The position numbers and the translations under genes are program-made. The notes below the pieces were generated by a model. It was not told the DNA's origin and ran no database searches. It saw only the letters and a program-made list of their open reading frames with translations. A stretch of 64,000 nt of DNA from Mytilus trossulus (Eukaryota), in contig NC_086374.1 in NCBI RefSeq assembly GCF_036588685.1, forward strand, positions 40,796,001-40,860,000, read 5' to 3'. Of this stretch, positions 37,101 to 52,100 are shown one piece after another (the stretch's first letter is position 1; every line of letters begins with the position of its first letter).

Positions 37101-40100
37101 TAAACTATTTCTCCTCCTCAACCCCTGTAATGTCATGAATGAACAGCATTTTTTTTTTTTTTTCCTCCGACTCAAATTTTTCAGAACAGTTAAACGTGAA
37201 CAAAAAAAAAATCTAAGATTGCTATTTTATTTTTATTTTTTTTACCTCCTCCGACCCTAACCTTTGACACTAGTTGTCCGTAAACCAACTAATTAAAAAA
37301 AAAAGGCCTTAAGATGTAAAAAAACTGCTTGTTATCACTGAATGGTAAAGATTATTTAAATTTATCAGTTGGTAGTAAAAAAGTGAATATACATTGTATA
37401 TTGTATACAACAAAGATTTAAGTTGATTCTGGACAAAGAAAGATAACTCCAATTAAAAAAAATTCTTGCAGATATTTCTTGCTTACTATACTGGACAAAG
37501 AAAGATAACTCTTAATTAAAAAAAAATTTGCTATTTCACAATATTGTGAAATTAGATATTTCTTGCCATTGCACAATACTTAATATAATAATTTTAGATC
37601 CTGATTTGGACCAACTTGAAATCTGGGCCCATAATCAAAAATCTAAGTACATGTTTAGATTCAGCATATCAAAGAGGCCCAAGAATTTAATTTTTGTTAA
37701 AATCAAACTTAGTTTAATTTTGGACCCTTTGCACTTTAATTTAGACCAATTTTAAAACTGGACCAAAAATTAAGAATCTACATACACAGTTAGATTTGGC
37801 ATATCAAAGAACCCCAATTATTCAATTTTTGATGAAATCAAACAATGTTTAATTTTGGACTCGATTTGGGCCAACTTGAAAACTGGGCCAATAATTAAAA
37901 ATCTAAGTACATTTTTAGATTCAGCATATCAAAGAACCCCAAGGTTTCAATTTTTGTTAAAATCAAACTAAGTTTAATTTTGGACCCTTTGAACCTTAAT
38001 GTAGACCAATTTGAAAACGAGACCAAAAATTAAGAATCTACTTACACAGTTAGATTCGGCATATTAAAGAACCCCAATTATTCAATTTTGATGAAATCAA
38101 ACAAAGTTTAATTTTGGACCCTTTGGGTCCCTTTTTCCTTAACTGTTGGGACCAAAACTCCCAAAATTAATACCAACCTTCCTTTCATAGCCAAAAACCT
38201 TGTGTTTAAATTTCATAGATTTCTATTTACTTATACTAACGCTATGGTGCGAAAACCAAGAAAAATGCTTATTTGGGTCCCTTTTTGGCCCCTAATTCCT
38301 AAACTGTTGGGACCGAAACTCCCAAAATCAATACCAACCTTCCTTTTGTGGTCATAAACATTGTGTTTAAATTTCATTGATTTCTATTTACTTTAACTAA
38401 AGTTATTGTGCGAAAACCAAGAATAATGCTTATTTTGGCCCTTTTTTGGCCCCTAATTCCTAAACTGTTGAAACCAAAACTCCCAAAATCAATCCCAACC
38501 TTTCTTTTGTGGTCATAAACTTTGTGTCAAAATTTCATAGATTTCTATTTACTTAAACTAAAGTTATAGTGCGAAAACCAAGAAAATGCTTATTTGGGCC
38601 CTTTTTGGCCCCTTATTCCTAAAATGTTGGGACCAAAACTCCCAAAATCAATACCAGCCTTTCTTTTATGGTCATAAACCTTGTGTTAAAATTTCATAGA
38701 TTTCTATTCACTTTTACTAAAGTTAGAGTGCGAAAACTAAAAGTATTCGGACGACGACGACGAAGACGACGACGCAGATGACGACGCCAACGTGATAGCA
38801 ATATACGACGAAAATTTTTTCAAAATTTGCGGTCGTATAAAAAAGTAAATAATGGTCAATAAGCTTTAGAAGAAATAATATATGAATAAGCATCACATGG
38901 TATATAATGCTCACATCAAGCCAGATACCAAAATCATAGAAGCTCTGATTGATTTGCAGTTCCTAAAATGTAAAAGGAATTTCATAGGACAACCAAATGG
39001 TTGAACTGATGGACAGACAAGGGTTTTATCATTATTGTGATTCCAACAAGTCTCAAAAATAACTATAATGGAAAACATGTAAAATGGACAACAGATAACC
39101 TGTGCTTCTTTTAGGCCGGGTTATGGAAACAGCCAATGTATCAAGATAAGAAATCCCAAAAAGAAGTTTCCAACCTACCTCTATAGCCCTGTCATGACTG
39201 TCAGTATTATCAAGTATATGTACATCCACACCACAACTTCTTAGTTGTTTCCCAAGTCCTTGTAACATGGAATCCACCACTACTGTAAAGTCTCCTGGTG
39301 AGATTGGTGAGTCTGCATAGAGTGGTGATTGGTGGTTTGGACCTGGAGGCTGAAAACAGGTTTTTTTATTGATACATTACAACATGACCAGTGTTTCTAT
39401 ATCTTAATTTGATGATATGGCTGCTTGTATTTACTTGATAGAAAATGTTCAATATTAAATACACTTTTACAAATGGAATCCCAACTGAATAAACAATAAC
39501 TTCCATGTTTGCTTAAAAAATGTAATGATCCTACTCATATTTTAGTACTAGAATGATAAAATACATAAAATAAAAGAAGTTTATCTAAAAGGGTTTTTTT
39601 AATGCATTTTATCAAACTTTTGATGTGGATCACTGTCTCTTGTGGTTGAGACTGGACTTTACACCAACACGACCACTCCATTATGTGATAGACTTTGTCT
39701 TATGTGATAGACTTTGTCTTATCTGCAATGACAATTTTATAGAGACAGAACTACATTCTTTTAGTATCATGAAAAAGTTTTATTTTTTAAATATTTCTAT
39801 TTCATTATGGAATATTTCTTTTAGTTTAAAAAAGATGAAAGTGTCTCAAATGTCTTAAAGGCAGGGATCTTTTATGGTTTTAAAGATTTTTATATTGTAT
39901 ATAATGATGTATATTGGATCGTGACACTACAATAAACTATTTACTTACTTACTTTTACTTACTCTATTTAGGTGTGTTGATAATTTCAACATACAAAGAA
40001 TGAAATATTAAGTTTTATTTATAACTAAAATAGTAGACAGCAAATTAATTAAAAGTACTGACCAACTGTTTAGGAAGCCTTGGTTTTATTTTCTGACCCT

Positions 40101-43100
40101 TTGCCTTGGCCTTTTTCTTATCTCCTCGACTCATTTTCATCCATCTCATGGAAGTCAGTGGTTCCAAATCTATCTTTAGACGTTCTTCTTTTGCTATTTT
40201 CACAAGTTTGTCGTAGACCTTTAGGAGAATGTAGGCATCTAATGCTGTAATGATATAACAATACAATTTCTTAGTGCTCATGACAAAATGACAAAAACTA
40301 TTTCTGATCTTTTCAAAATGTTTTTTTAATTTATTACATCTATTCAGTATTTCAAAAGGTTAGATTATGAAACTGGTCTCATTATCATCAGAATTTTTAT
40401 GATTAATTTCGGGCTATTTCAAAATTAATTTTAGGAATTAGTAGACAGTATTTAAATCAAATGGGTAGTGATTCTTTTAGTAAGTATTAAAGTACTATTA
40501 TATAGAGAATATGTATTTGAAATTAGTATTATTCAATAAGATTAGCCCTAAAGGCATGTATATCGTTTTAATCGACATAATGTAAATATAATTTATGGTA
40601 ACACAAAATAAAGAATTGAAATATTACCTGCATATATGATCTGAGGTTGTCTAAGTGGTCTTCTCTCCCAGTCTGACATCTGTTCAGATTTATTTAAGGC
40701 TTTACCAAAACACTGACGAACAAGTTCACTTAGACCTCTTTCTTCTACTTTTTGGAACTTGAAGTTTATACCACTGTCATTATCATCTTCTTTGTCATCG
40801 TCTGATGCATCTTCTGTATCTGGCATAAAGTTTACCACTTTATCTAAAACCTTTAAAAGTAAAAAACATGATTTATTCTTTATGATGACAATTATTTTAT
40901 CAAGAAAATTTTCATGATGGTATATTATTTTTCTCATTTTCTATAACTGTATACTTGTGATACTGATTAAGCAGGCTTATTGTTTAAAGTTTTCATTTAT
41001 TGCAGGGATTGAAATACCCAGAATTCTTGGGTTCAATGTCTACACCAAAGACTGGTTTAGGCTGGTTTGCCAGAAGTTGGGGTTTAATTCATAATCCAAA
41101 GACTAATTGGCTGAGGGTCAGAACAATTTCATGTAGTATACTGGAAGGCAAGTCACCAACACATACAGAATAGTATTCTGACCGTCAGCTGACCATGTTA
41201 GTTTGTGAGCCAGCTAAACATGCCAGTATACATCAAATGAAAGTGTCCTGACCATGCATGTTAGATTACATTAAGTAGCCATGAATCAATAAGCCTCTTC
41301 CATGTTTAGTACATATAAGTCACTGATATATATTGTTTATACAAAATCATGTTAATCACTTTCTATTCTATTTTTCTTTTTTTTTATACTTGCCCACCAT
41401 GTCCTATTAAACTTTCAAGGGATATTGTCAGATTTTAATCCAAAAATATTAGGTATAAAGAAATTTAGAATCTGACTTAAAATTTGATGCTTTTCTGGCA
41501 AAATTTTTTTTTTAAGCAAAAGATTTGAATGTTGCAATTTGTGTTTGATTCTTTCAATGGTCAATTATACTGCTGGTGAAATATACAGTAAGTCTCATGG
41601 AGACACGTGAGATATCATACAACAATATCCAAGTTAAAACAGTTTTTCTCAATCCATAAAAGTTGATACCCACATAAATAAACAAATCCATAATATTTGT
41701 GATTGGCTTTGTAGCATGTGATCTGAAGATGTTGCTACTCATATTTTTGATGAACCTGTTTGTCAATCAAATCTTTTAACATAAACAAACTCACCTTCTG
41801 TGCCAGTTTCTCTAAATCAACTACTCTCTCCATCTTAGCTAGGGTTCTCTCCATAAATGGGAATGTCTTGGTAAACATTTTAAAATCTGAATCTAATCCA
41901 TAACCTTCAAAAAAGAGGTAATTAACTGAACCCACTGATCTGTTGATAAATATAACTTAAGTTTACAATGTTAGTATCTCCCCCACCTACCTAGTTAACA
42001 TTCATATTCATGTAAACTTAAACAAGAATGCTTCCTCAGTACACGAATGCCCCACTCACACTATCATTTTCTATGTTCAGTGGACCGTGAAATTGGGGTA
42101 AAATCTCTAATTTGGCATTAAAATTAGAAAGATCATATCATAGGGAACATGTGTAACAAGTTTGAAGTCGATTGGACTTCAACTTCATTAAAAACTTTAA
42201 CCTGAAGCGGGACAGACGGGACAGACTATCGTAGGTGGGGCATAAAAACCTCACTAAGAAAGGTTTAAGACCTCATATAGGTAGTTGCATTCAGAAGATA
42301 AAATAATACTACAATTGGACAAAAATGGCCAATATTTTTTTCTGTAACTCTACAAAACATTCGGAATTCCAAATGGTGATATATCCTGAATAACTAACAT
42401 GATAAAGATCAATTCTATGGAGTATGGTAGTTTACAGGGAAAAATCAAAGAGGGATAGTTTTCACAAAATTATACAGCAGATTGACCAAAAACAAACTCT
42501 TTTACAATGTCTCTCAGTTGCTGTGCAATTAATTTCCATGTAGAATAGCCATACCTACATAATATCAGTAAACTGTAATATACCTAATTTGACAATATCT
42601 TGATTACAGAAGATAGATATCACCATTAGCTGCCAATCATCTTCTGTCAGAATTCTCATTAAAGTCTTGACATCAATCAGGTATGCATGGTCATAGGTTG
42701 CTAACTGTATCAAAGCTACCCTAAAATACAAAGGAATGTATAAAGATGATTTTAAGGTTAAACATTCAACTATAAAATGTTTTAACTGGATGTAAAATTT
42801 CTTCAAATAAGTTATCTATAACTGAGGTATGAAGCATCCAAGTCTTCTACCCTCTGTAATATAATCCGGTATACCAATAGTTTACATCTCTACTGCCCAC
42901 AGGCACGACTAAAACAGGGAACTCTTTCATAATGCATGTTTATATTGACAATCTTGACTTTCAATTATTTATAGTGTAATATGATTGGTAAAGAATTAAT
43001 TTGCATGTACTTAGCACTATACAAATTTCAACTTACTTTTGTACTTGTGAACCAAAACTTGGTTTCCATTCTGCATCAATACCAATCATAGTTCCTGGCT

Positions 43101-46100
43101 AAAGAAAAGTCATGATTAATAACATATCTGCAGATCTTATATATATTATCTATCAAATAAAATTGATTGTAATAAATACTGAAACATGTATGACTTAAAA
43201 GCATTTTTCGGGTCATATTTTTTGTGAAGTGTCTTGCATTTCTAAAACAAGATAAACATTATGAACTAATGATTCCCCTGCTATATACATATCTGATAAA
43301 TAATAAGTTGATCAGTGATAGATATGAAATTCAATGGCATGGTATATTATGCTCACACAAAGCTTGGTAATTATGTTTAAGGATCTATATATTTAATCAG
43401 TGGAAGATGATAAATGTTAATTCTTTTCAAAATACATTGTACTAGATAACATTCTCAAATAAAATTTTCAGCTAATTTCAGGAAGCTCAGATTTGTAGTT
43501 CCTGAGAAAAATACTAAGATGGGATGTTTAGGGAGTCTCATGGGGGGTTCTGATCCCTAATCCCGCTTACTTTTTTTTCAGATTCCCTTATCCCACTTAC
43601 AATATGTACACAAGCAATTCTCATTTTTTTTGTAGTTTCACATGTCATGCTTACAAAAAATTGGCAATCCTGTGTCATGCCTAGACCTCAATGAGACCTA
43701 CTGTATAGAGGTAAACCAGTTTGATCCCCTCTTTCTAGGAGGGGTAATAATCTAGTTCAAAATTAAATGCAGTTATTTATATTTTTTCTTTTTAATATAT
43801 AGTAAAAATAAATCATCTCACATGTAAATTATGAAAAAGGATGTTTAATTTAAATCTTAATTTTAAGCTAACACATTGACATTTACAGAAGTTGTGATCA
43901 TCAAAGAAATAGTACTTTAACCTGTATGTCTCAACATGATGCCATTTTACTTATCTTACAAATTATTTAAAGAATTGGATTAAATACCTTTTCTAATTGG
44001 ATTATATACCTTCTTCATCTTTCTAAAATTGTTCATTAACAAATTTATAAATTATCAAGAAACTAAAGTTTTAACTCCCTTGAGCAAAGTTGACCTTAGA
44101 TGGATTTGGCTATTATTCTAAGGTCTTATTTGTCACAAAGCCCTTCAATTTAAAAAAAAAATTGTACATCTTTGGCTGTTGCATATTTCACTTGAATGTT
44201 CCTGATCAAGAAAAATGCTTTGGATGCATGAAATGTTGTGTTGCTTAATTTATTTTCAATAAGTTCATGAAGTTATAAATGTTTTTTGTCATACAAGGTC
44301 AGTTAATTGCACTAAGACAAACAGGATGGAAAAAATTGAACCTTCTTTTCAATAGATTTTTTTCAAAAACCAAATCAGAATGTGACATGATTTGAAACTT
44401 TGGACTGGTTCCTAAGTGTACAAACCTTTGTAAGAGTAGACAGACAAGCCTGGTACTTTTCTTTGGTATCTATAACAGTAATATGATCATCTGATAGGTT
44501 TAAAGTATAATAATGAGCAGACATTTCTGTTTCAGAATAACAGTCATCATCCCAATTTTCTCCTTCTGCATTTTGCTCTTGTTTATCTTCTCCTCTGAAA
44601 TACCAAGAACAGCATTTGACTGAAATCATGAACTAAAATGATGTTATAAGAATAATGAAACTGCTGTCTGAGAAAATGTAAAAGTTTTACAGAGTTGGGG
44701 AAAACAAAACTACCCTAAAACTGCATGCAGCTTATACTAACAGTGATCAGAAAGAAGCTATATTTATAACTGATAATGCTGTTTTTTACAACTGCTTCTA
44801 CTATGCTTAAATGTGCAAAAAATACTTGTTTTAAAAATTCCAATAAACCAGTCCTTAAAACATTTTGGCAACTGGCCTTCTTCAATTTCTTTATTTTTCT
44901 TTTTAACTACATGGTAGACATTTTATTTTCACTATCATTAAGATGTTAAAGATGTTTTCCATAACATTAACAAAGAACTAAATCTATAACAAACTTACTC
45001 ATCCATTTCCCTTCTTTTAACAGCAACCACTTCTGGAATACATTCATCAGACAACTGGAAATTTCTAGCCCATTTAACAGCTTCCGTAAGTTCATTATAA
45101 CACATTAATTGTTCTACTAACTGTTCCTTCAAATAGTCATTATCACTAACTGCATTCTGGAAAACAAAACCAGGCATTTATAAATCACTTTCATATTTGT
45201 GCACTTTCCTATAAATTCCCTATGCGACAATGCCTATGTTATCAAGTCATAGTCATAAACGATTGGTTGATGACTAAATTTTGTTCAGAATTCAATCAAA
45301 CTTCTGTTGTGGATCAATGGAAGTTTTTTAAATAATTGAAACAAAATCATACATAAACTGTACCCAGAGAAAATAGATGTCAAACTCAAAAATAAAACAA
45401 ATTGATAGCAATGTAAAAAGCAAATACATGTAAAAGTTTAAAGTGAAAAAGTTTATTTTTGATCACTCAATACATAATTCTTTTTTTAACATAACTATTA
45501 CCTCTACTAGTTCTTCCCAACTTCCTGTACCCATCTTCCCCTACAATAAATACAAACAAATTCTATGATCAATTATTACAGAGTAACTTAAATCCAGTAT
45601 TATCTGGATTTTTATTTTATTACAGGTTAGATATTGTAAGGATATAAATATCTATAATACTAAAATTACGAGGTCCAACTTGTCAGCCATCATCACATAA
45701 AAACGATGAATCAAAGATGACAATACCAATACTGAAAAAGGCACACGCATAGTAATGTATTTTAGTTCAGTCACGGACCCGCGATATCACGGGTGTGTTC
45801 TAGTATAATATATAATTGCCAAACCATTCTAAATATTTAATGATATTATTTATTCCTGTTTTGACCCTTTTTTATATATGTCAATGTAAATTTTTTATCA
45901 ACATAATGCATATGGTTACTGTGGTAAAATTCATGAATGTCATAAGTTATTATGTTGAATGCCTATTTATCTATAAAAAAACAATCTCAATTACATATAA
46001 TACATTTCTACCAGTTTCTCTTTAACATTCATTTACCCTGGTACAATATACTGTTATCATGGTTATTTTTTTCAGCCTACATGAAAGTATCATCCTATTA

Positions 46101-49100
46101 CCTCTATATATCTCCTGTACAAAAGATACCTACATGAAAGGATCATCCTATTACCTCTATATATCTCCTGTACAAAAGATACCTACATGAAAGCATCATC
46201 CTATTACCTCTATATATCTCCTGTACAAAAGATACCTACATGAAAGGATCATCCTATTACCTCTATATATCTCCTGTACAAAAGATACCTACATGAAAGT
46301 ATCATCCTATTACCTCTATATATCTCCTGTACAAAAGTCCTATTACCTCTATATATCTCCTGTACAAAAGATACCTACATGAAAGCATCATCCTATTACC
46401 TCTATATATCTCCTGTACAAAAGATACCTTCATGAAAGGATCATCCTATTACCTCTATATATCTCCTGTACAAAAGATACCTACATGAAAGCATCATCCT
46501 ATTACCTCTATATATCTCCTGTACAAAAGATACCTACATGAAAGGATCATCCTATTACCTCTATATATCTCCTGTACAAAAGATACCTACATGAAAGCAT
46601 CATCCTATTACCTCTATATATCTCCTGTACAAAAGATACCTACATGAAAGCATCATCCTATTACCTCTATATATCTCCTGTACAAAAGATACCTACATGA
46701 AAGGATCATCCTATTACCTCTATATATCTCCTGTACAAAAGATACCTACATGAAAGGATCATCCTATTACCTCTATATATCTCCTGTACAAAAGATACCT
46801 ACATGAAAGCATCATCCTATTACCTCTATATATCTCCTGTACAAAAGATACCTTCATGAAAGCATCATCCTATTACCTCTATATATCTCCTGTACAAAAG
46901 ATACCTACATGAAAGGATCATCCTATTACCTCTATATATCTCCTGTACAAAAGATACCTACATGAAAGGATCATCCTATTACCTCTATATATCTCCTGTA
47001 CAAAAGATACCTACATGAAAGGATCATCCTATTACCTCTATATATCTCCTGTACAAAAGATACCTACATGAAAGGATCATCCTATTACCTCTATATATCT
47101 CCTGTACAAAAGATACCTACATGAAAGGATCATCCTATTACCTCTATATATCTCCTGTACAAAAGATACCTACATGAAAGCATCATCCTATTACCTCTAT
47201 ATATCTCCTGTACAAAAGATACCTACATGAAAGCATCATCCTATTACCTCTATATATCTCCTGTACAAAAGATACCTACATGAAAGCATCATCCTATTAC
47301 CTCTATATATCTCCTGTACAAAAGATACCTACATGAAAGGATCATCCTATTACCTCTATATATCTCCTGTACAAAAGATACCTACATGAAAGGATCATCC
47401 TATTACCTCTATATATCTCCTGTACAAAAGATACCTACATGAAAGCATCATCCTATTACCTCTATATATCTCCTGTACAAAAGATACCTACATGAAAGGA
47501 TCATCCTATTACCTCTATATATCTCCTGTACAAAAGATACCTACATGAAAGGATCATCCTATTACCTCTATATATCTCCTGTACAAAAGATACCTACATG
47601 AAAGCATCATCCTATTACCTCTATATATCTCCTGTACAAAAGATACCTACATGAAAGGATCATCCTTAATACCTCTATATATCTCCTGTACAAAAGATAC
47701 CTACATGAAAGGATCATCCTATTACCTCTATATATCTCCTGTACAAAAGATACCTACATGAAAGCATCATCCTATTACCTCTATATATCTCCTGTACAAA
47801 AGATACCTACATGAAAGCATCATCCTATTACCTCTATATATCTCCTGTACAAAAGATACCTACATGAAAGGATCATCCTATTACCTCTATATATCTCCTG
47901 TACAAAAGATACCTACATGAAAGCATCATCCTATTACCTCTATATATCTCCTGTACAAAAGATACCTACATGAAAGCATCATCCTATTACCTCTATATAT
48001 CTCCTGTACAAAAGATACCTACATGAAAGCATCATCCTATTACCTCTATATATCTCCTGTACAAAAGATACCTTCATGAAAGCATCATCCTATTACCTCT
48101 ATATATCTCCTGTACAAAAGATACCTACATGAAAGCATCATCCTATTACCTCTATATATCTCCTGTACAAAAGATACCTTCATGAAAGCATCATCCTATT
48201 ACCTCTATATATCTCCTGTACAAAAGATACCTACATGAAAGCATCATCCTATTACCTCTATATATCTCCTGTACAAAAGATACCTACATGAAAGCATCAT
48301 CCTATTACCTCTATATATCTCCTGTACAAAAGATACCTACATGAAAGCATCATCCTATTACCTCTATATATCTCCTGTACAAAAGATACCTACATGAAAG
48401 CATCATCCTATTACCTCTATATATCTCCTGTACAAAAGATACCTACATGAAAGGATCATCCTATTACCTCTATATATCTCCTGTACAAAAGATACCTACA
48501 TGAAAGCATCCTCCTATTACCTCTATATATCTCCTGTACAAAAGATACCTACATGAAAGCATCATCCTATTACCTCTATATATCTCCTGTACAAAAGATA
48601 CCTTCATGAAAGTATCATCCTATTACCTCTATATATCTCCTGTACAAAAGATACCTACATGAAAGCATCATCCTATTACCATGATTACCTCTATATATCT
48701 CCTGTACAAAAGATACCTACATGAAAGCATCATCCTATTACCTCTATATATCTCCTGTACAAAAGATACCTACATGAAAGCATCATCCTATTACCTCTAT
48801 ATATCTCCTGTACAAAAGATACCTACATGAAAGGATCATCCTATTACCTCTATATATCTCCTGTACAAAAGATACCTACATGAAAGCATCATCCTATTAC
48901 CTCTATATATCTCCTGTACAAAAGATACCTACATGAAAGGATCATCCTATTACCTCTATATATCTCCTGTACAAAAGATACCTACATGAAAGGATCATCC
49001 TATTACCTCTATATATCTCCTGTACAAAAGATACCTACATGAAAGCATCATCATATTACCTCTATATATCTCCTGTACAAAAGATACCTACATGAAAGCA

Positions 49101-52100
49101 TCATCATATTACCTCTATATATCTCCTGTACAAAAGATACCTACATGAAAGCATCATCATATTACCTCTATATATCTCCTGTACAAAAGATACCTACATG
49201 AAAGCATCATCCTATTACCTCTATATATCTCCTGTACAAAAGATACCTACATGAAAGGATCATCCTATTACCTCTATATATCTCCTGTACAAAAGATACC
49301 TTCATGAAAGGATCATCCTATTACCTCTATATATCTCCTGTACAAAAGATACCTACATGAAAGGATCATCCTATTACCTCTATATATCTCCTGTACAAAA
49401 GATACCTACATGAAAGGATCATCCTATTACCTCTATATATCTCCTGTACAAAAGATACCTCAATGTATTACCTCTATATATCTCCTGTACAAAAGATACC
49501 TCAATGTATTACCTCTATATATCTCCTGTACAAAAGATACCTAATTGCTCCTACTCCTCTGGCTTTACTTATGTTTGGACATAATTCTGAAAATAAGAAC
49601 ATAACCAAATATAGTGCAGTCAGGATCCTACTTCGTCAAAATTATCTCCACCTTACGCCAGTTCATTTTCACAACCGTAGAAATGGAAGCCATTGTAGGG
49701 ATGACGCGCTACCAATTGTGCTCTTGGAAACCGATAAATTTATCCACATTGCACCATTACGATCCTTATATGTCAGTTGTATTTTAAAAGACAAATATAT
49801 CAACTATCTAATGAGCATCAGTTAATAATCTTGTCTGCATTGATTTAACTTAAAACTATTGTCTGATCAGTTGTCAGATGGAGTTTTCGAAAATTCATAA
49901 ACATTTAAAAAAAATCTAATTAAATATTTCGTGGAAGGGCAGACTAGATTTTTTTAATGTATGAAGACTATAAACCCTAGTTATCACACACAAAAAATTA
50001 GAATTTTTCGAAGATACGCATTTTCATCATCCAACTTGAAAGACTGTCGTCAAGTACTTTCAGTCAAAAAAATGCCATTCGAACACACCTGCTCTGTTTT
50101 TGTGACTCATTAGATGGGTATTTCGCTTGACCCATATATTTCATCTTTTAGTGCTGTGATTTTTTTGTGTTATAAAGTCAACCTGTTGCTTTAATATATA
50201 AAAATGATAGAATCTGAAGCGAGACGATGTATGAAATATTCTTACTTTGTACGATATCAAGACAAAATACTCAACTCAAACACGCCCTAACATAAAAAGG
50301 TGCACTCAGTTTTCTCTTTTCGATACAATTGTTACCCATTTTTTGGAATTTTTTCTTTAGTCACATAATGGAAGGGCAGACACGAAAATTACTGAACTAA
50401 TAGATTGACATGTTTTCCGTCCGTGTTATTTTTTCAAAAAAATTGGAGGTTATGCATTTTCTTCATCCAACTTGAAAGATACCCATGTCGTCGACTTGAT
50501 ATCTAATTGTTCTGCTTAAGTATGTACTAGATTAATTGAAAACTTATGCAAATGGTGTTTTTAAAATAAAACACCTAGTAATTGAGAAGAAAATTGCAAT
50601 TTTGTTTGTTTCTATTAACTGTTAAAAATTTTGTCACTATAGTAAACAATACAATAAACATTTATCGCCTTCTCTAACCATGTGCTTTGATTCTTTTGTT
50701 CTATTTCAACCTGGTTTCCGACTGAGTAGTTAGAATCAAAGACAATATAATATGTCTGGATGTATTAATGTATTGGGAAATAGTAGTGTGTGTCTAATTT
50801 TCACTCTACCTATTTTACTGCAAAATAACCCTACTCACACACTGAATTGTTGATAGTAATGCATTGTAAAATGCTATGTTATGTGAATAATAAATTCTTT
50901 AGTTCTAAGATAGTCTGTTGTACAGTGTATATTTTCATTTTTCAAATACACATCATGTGATAACATCAGAACTCTATGCTGTGTTGGGATAAGTACAACA
51001 TATTTTGCATGAAAACATATATCTATGGATGTCATCTTACAGAAGGTTTTCATCATGGTGAGGAGGACAAACTAGAATTGTGTGGTTGACTTTTTTTAGG
51101 TAGAAATATAATTTAAAAATCGAAAAATGTCACATGATACAACTTTCAATATTAACATTGACACGACTATAATTCAACTCTCAAATAATAGTGAATGATT
51201 AACCACCCCCTCACTGTAAACAAACCCCATAAACAACTTACATGTATATACAATATTGATAATTAAATTTTGTAAGATGAAAAATCTATTTGTAAAATTG
51301 CAATCAACAATCCTCCATACCAATTGGCTTATAACACAGAAAAAAACTTCTGAAAAGTTAACTACCTTTATTGACTTGTGAACAGCAGATATAATATATA
51401 AGTTACAAACTAATCCACATTTTCAATATATATATACACTATGTATTGATTTCATTTTTATAAAAAATCCTTTTCTATATCATACATTCACTGTTATCAA
51501 AGGGAACATTATAGTAAACACACTCTGTATTTTCAGTTAAATAATTCACTTCTTTAAATAGATCTATCCATACCTTTGTTCTTTTTTATTCATTGTGAAA
51601 TGTGTAGATAGGTTTGATACAAGTGAGTTAAATACATGAAATAAAATAATTAAATTTTGCAATTTTGGTCTATAAATGTGATGCCATGTGATTATAACAT
51701 TACCTTGTGGGATATCATACAACTTCATCAGTCTTGCTGCAAGTTTACTCAGTGTCTTTTTATTTAACTTCTCCCTCTTAGGATTGGTTACACCACTTTT
51801 ACTAAAATAAAATATGAATTTTACAGAATACTTTGCTTTGAAAAAATACCACAAAATCATACTATCATAGGTGGTAAAATGTTTATATTTCTGTAACAAC
51901 TCGATAACAGATTGTTTAATACACCAAATAAGACGTCTGTGATCATAGTCATACAATTGTTTTTGTCTTTAAAACTGAAATTAACATATCAACAAAAAAT
52001 CACTATTTCAGAAATTGTTGAACATTAAAGTGGAAGAAGAACAAATATTCTTATAGTAACGTACAGTACCTTATTACATCATCTATAACAACATCTCTAT

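Larger units (their letters stand above)
35995..38844 (+). mobile_element. Long HINE/Helentron-like non-autonomous element with internal tandem repeats
   Basis: SubTIRs ttatacgaccgca (36021) and tgcggtcgtataa (38828), (GAC)n near 38750, ~161-bp internal units at 38141, 38302, 38463 and 38623. Confidence 0.75.

Noticed and set aside
46076-49542. CRISPR array
   Set aside because: Head-to-tail near-identical units with no unique spacers, eukaryotic intron context, no cas genes.
49463-49825. 120-aa plus-strand ORF
   Set aside because: Chimera of minisatellite, antisense EXD3 exon and repeat sequence.
49614-50725. DNA transposon with CAGTC termini and an internal duplication of about 437 bp
   Set aside because: Termini match poorly and no TSD is visible, so boundaries cannot be supported.
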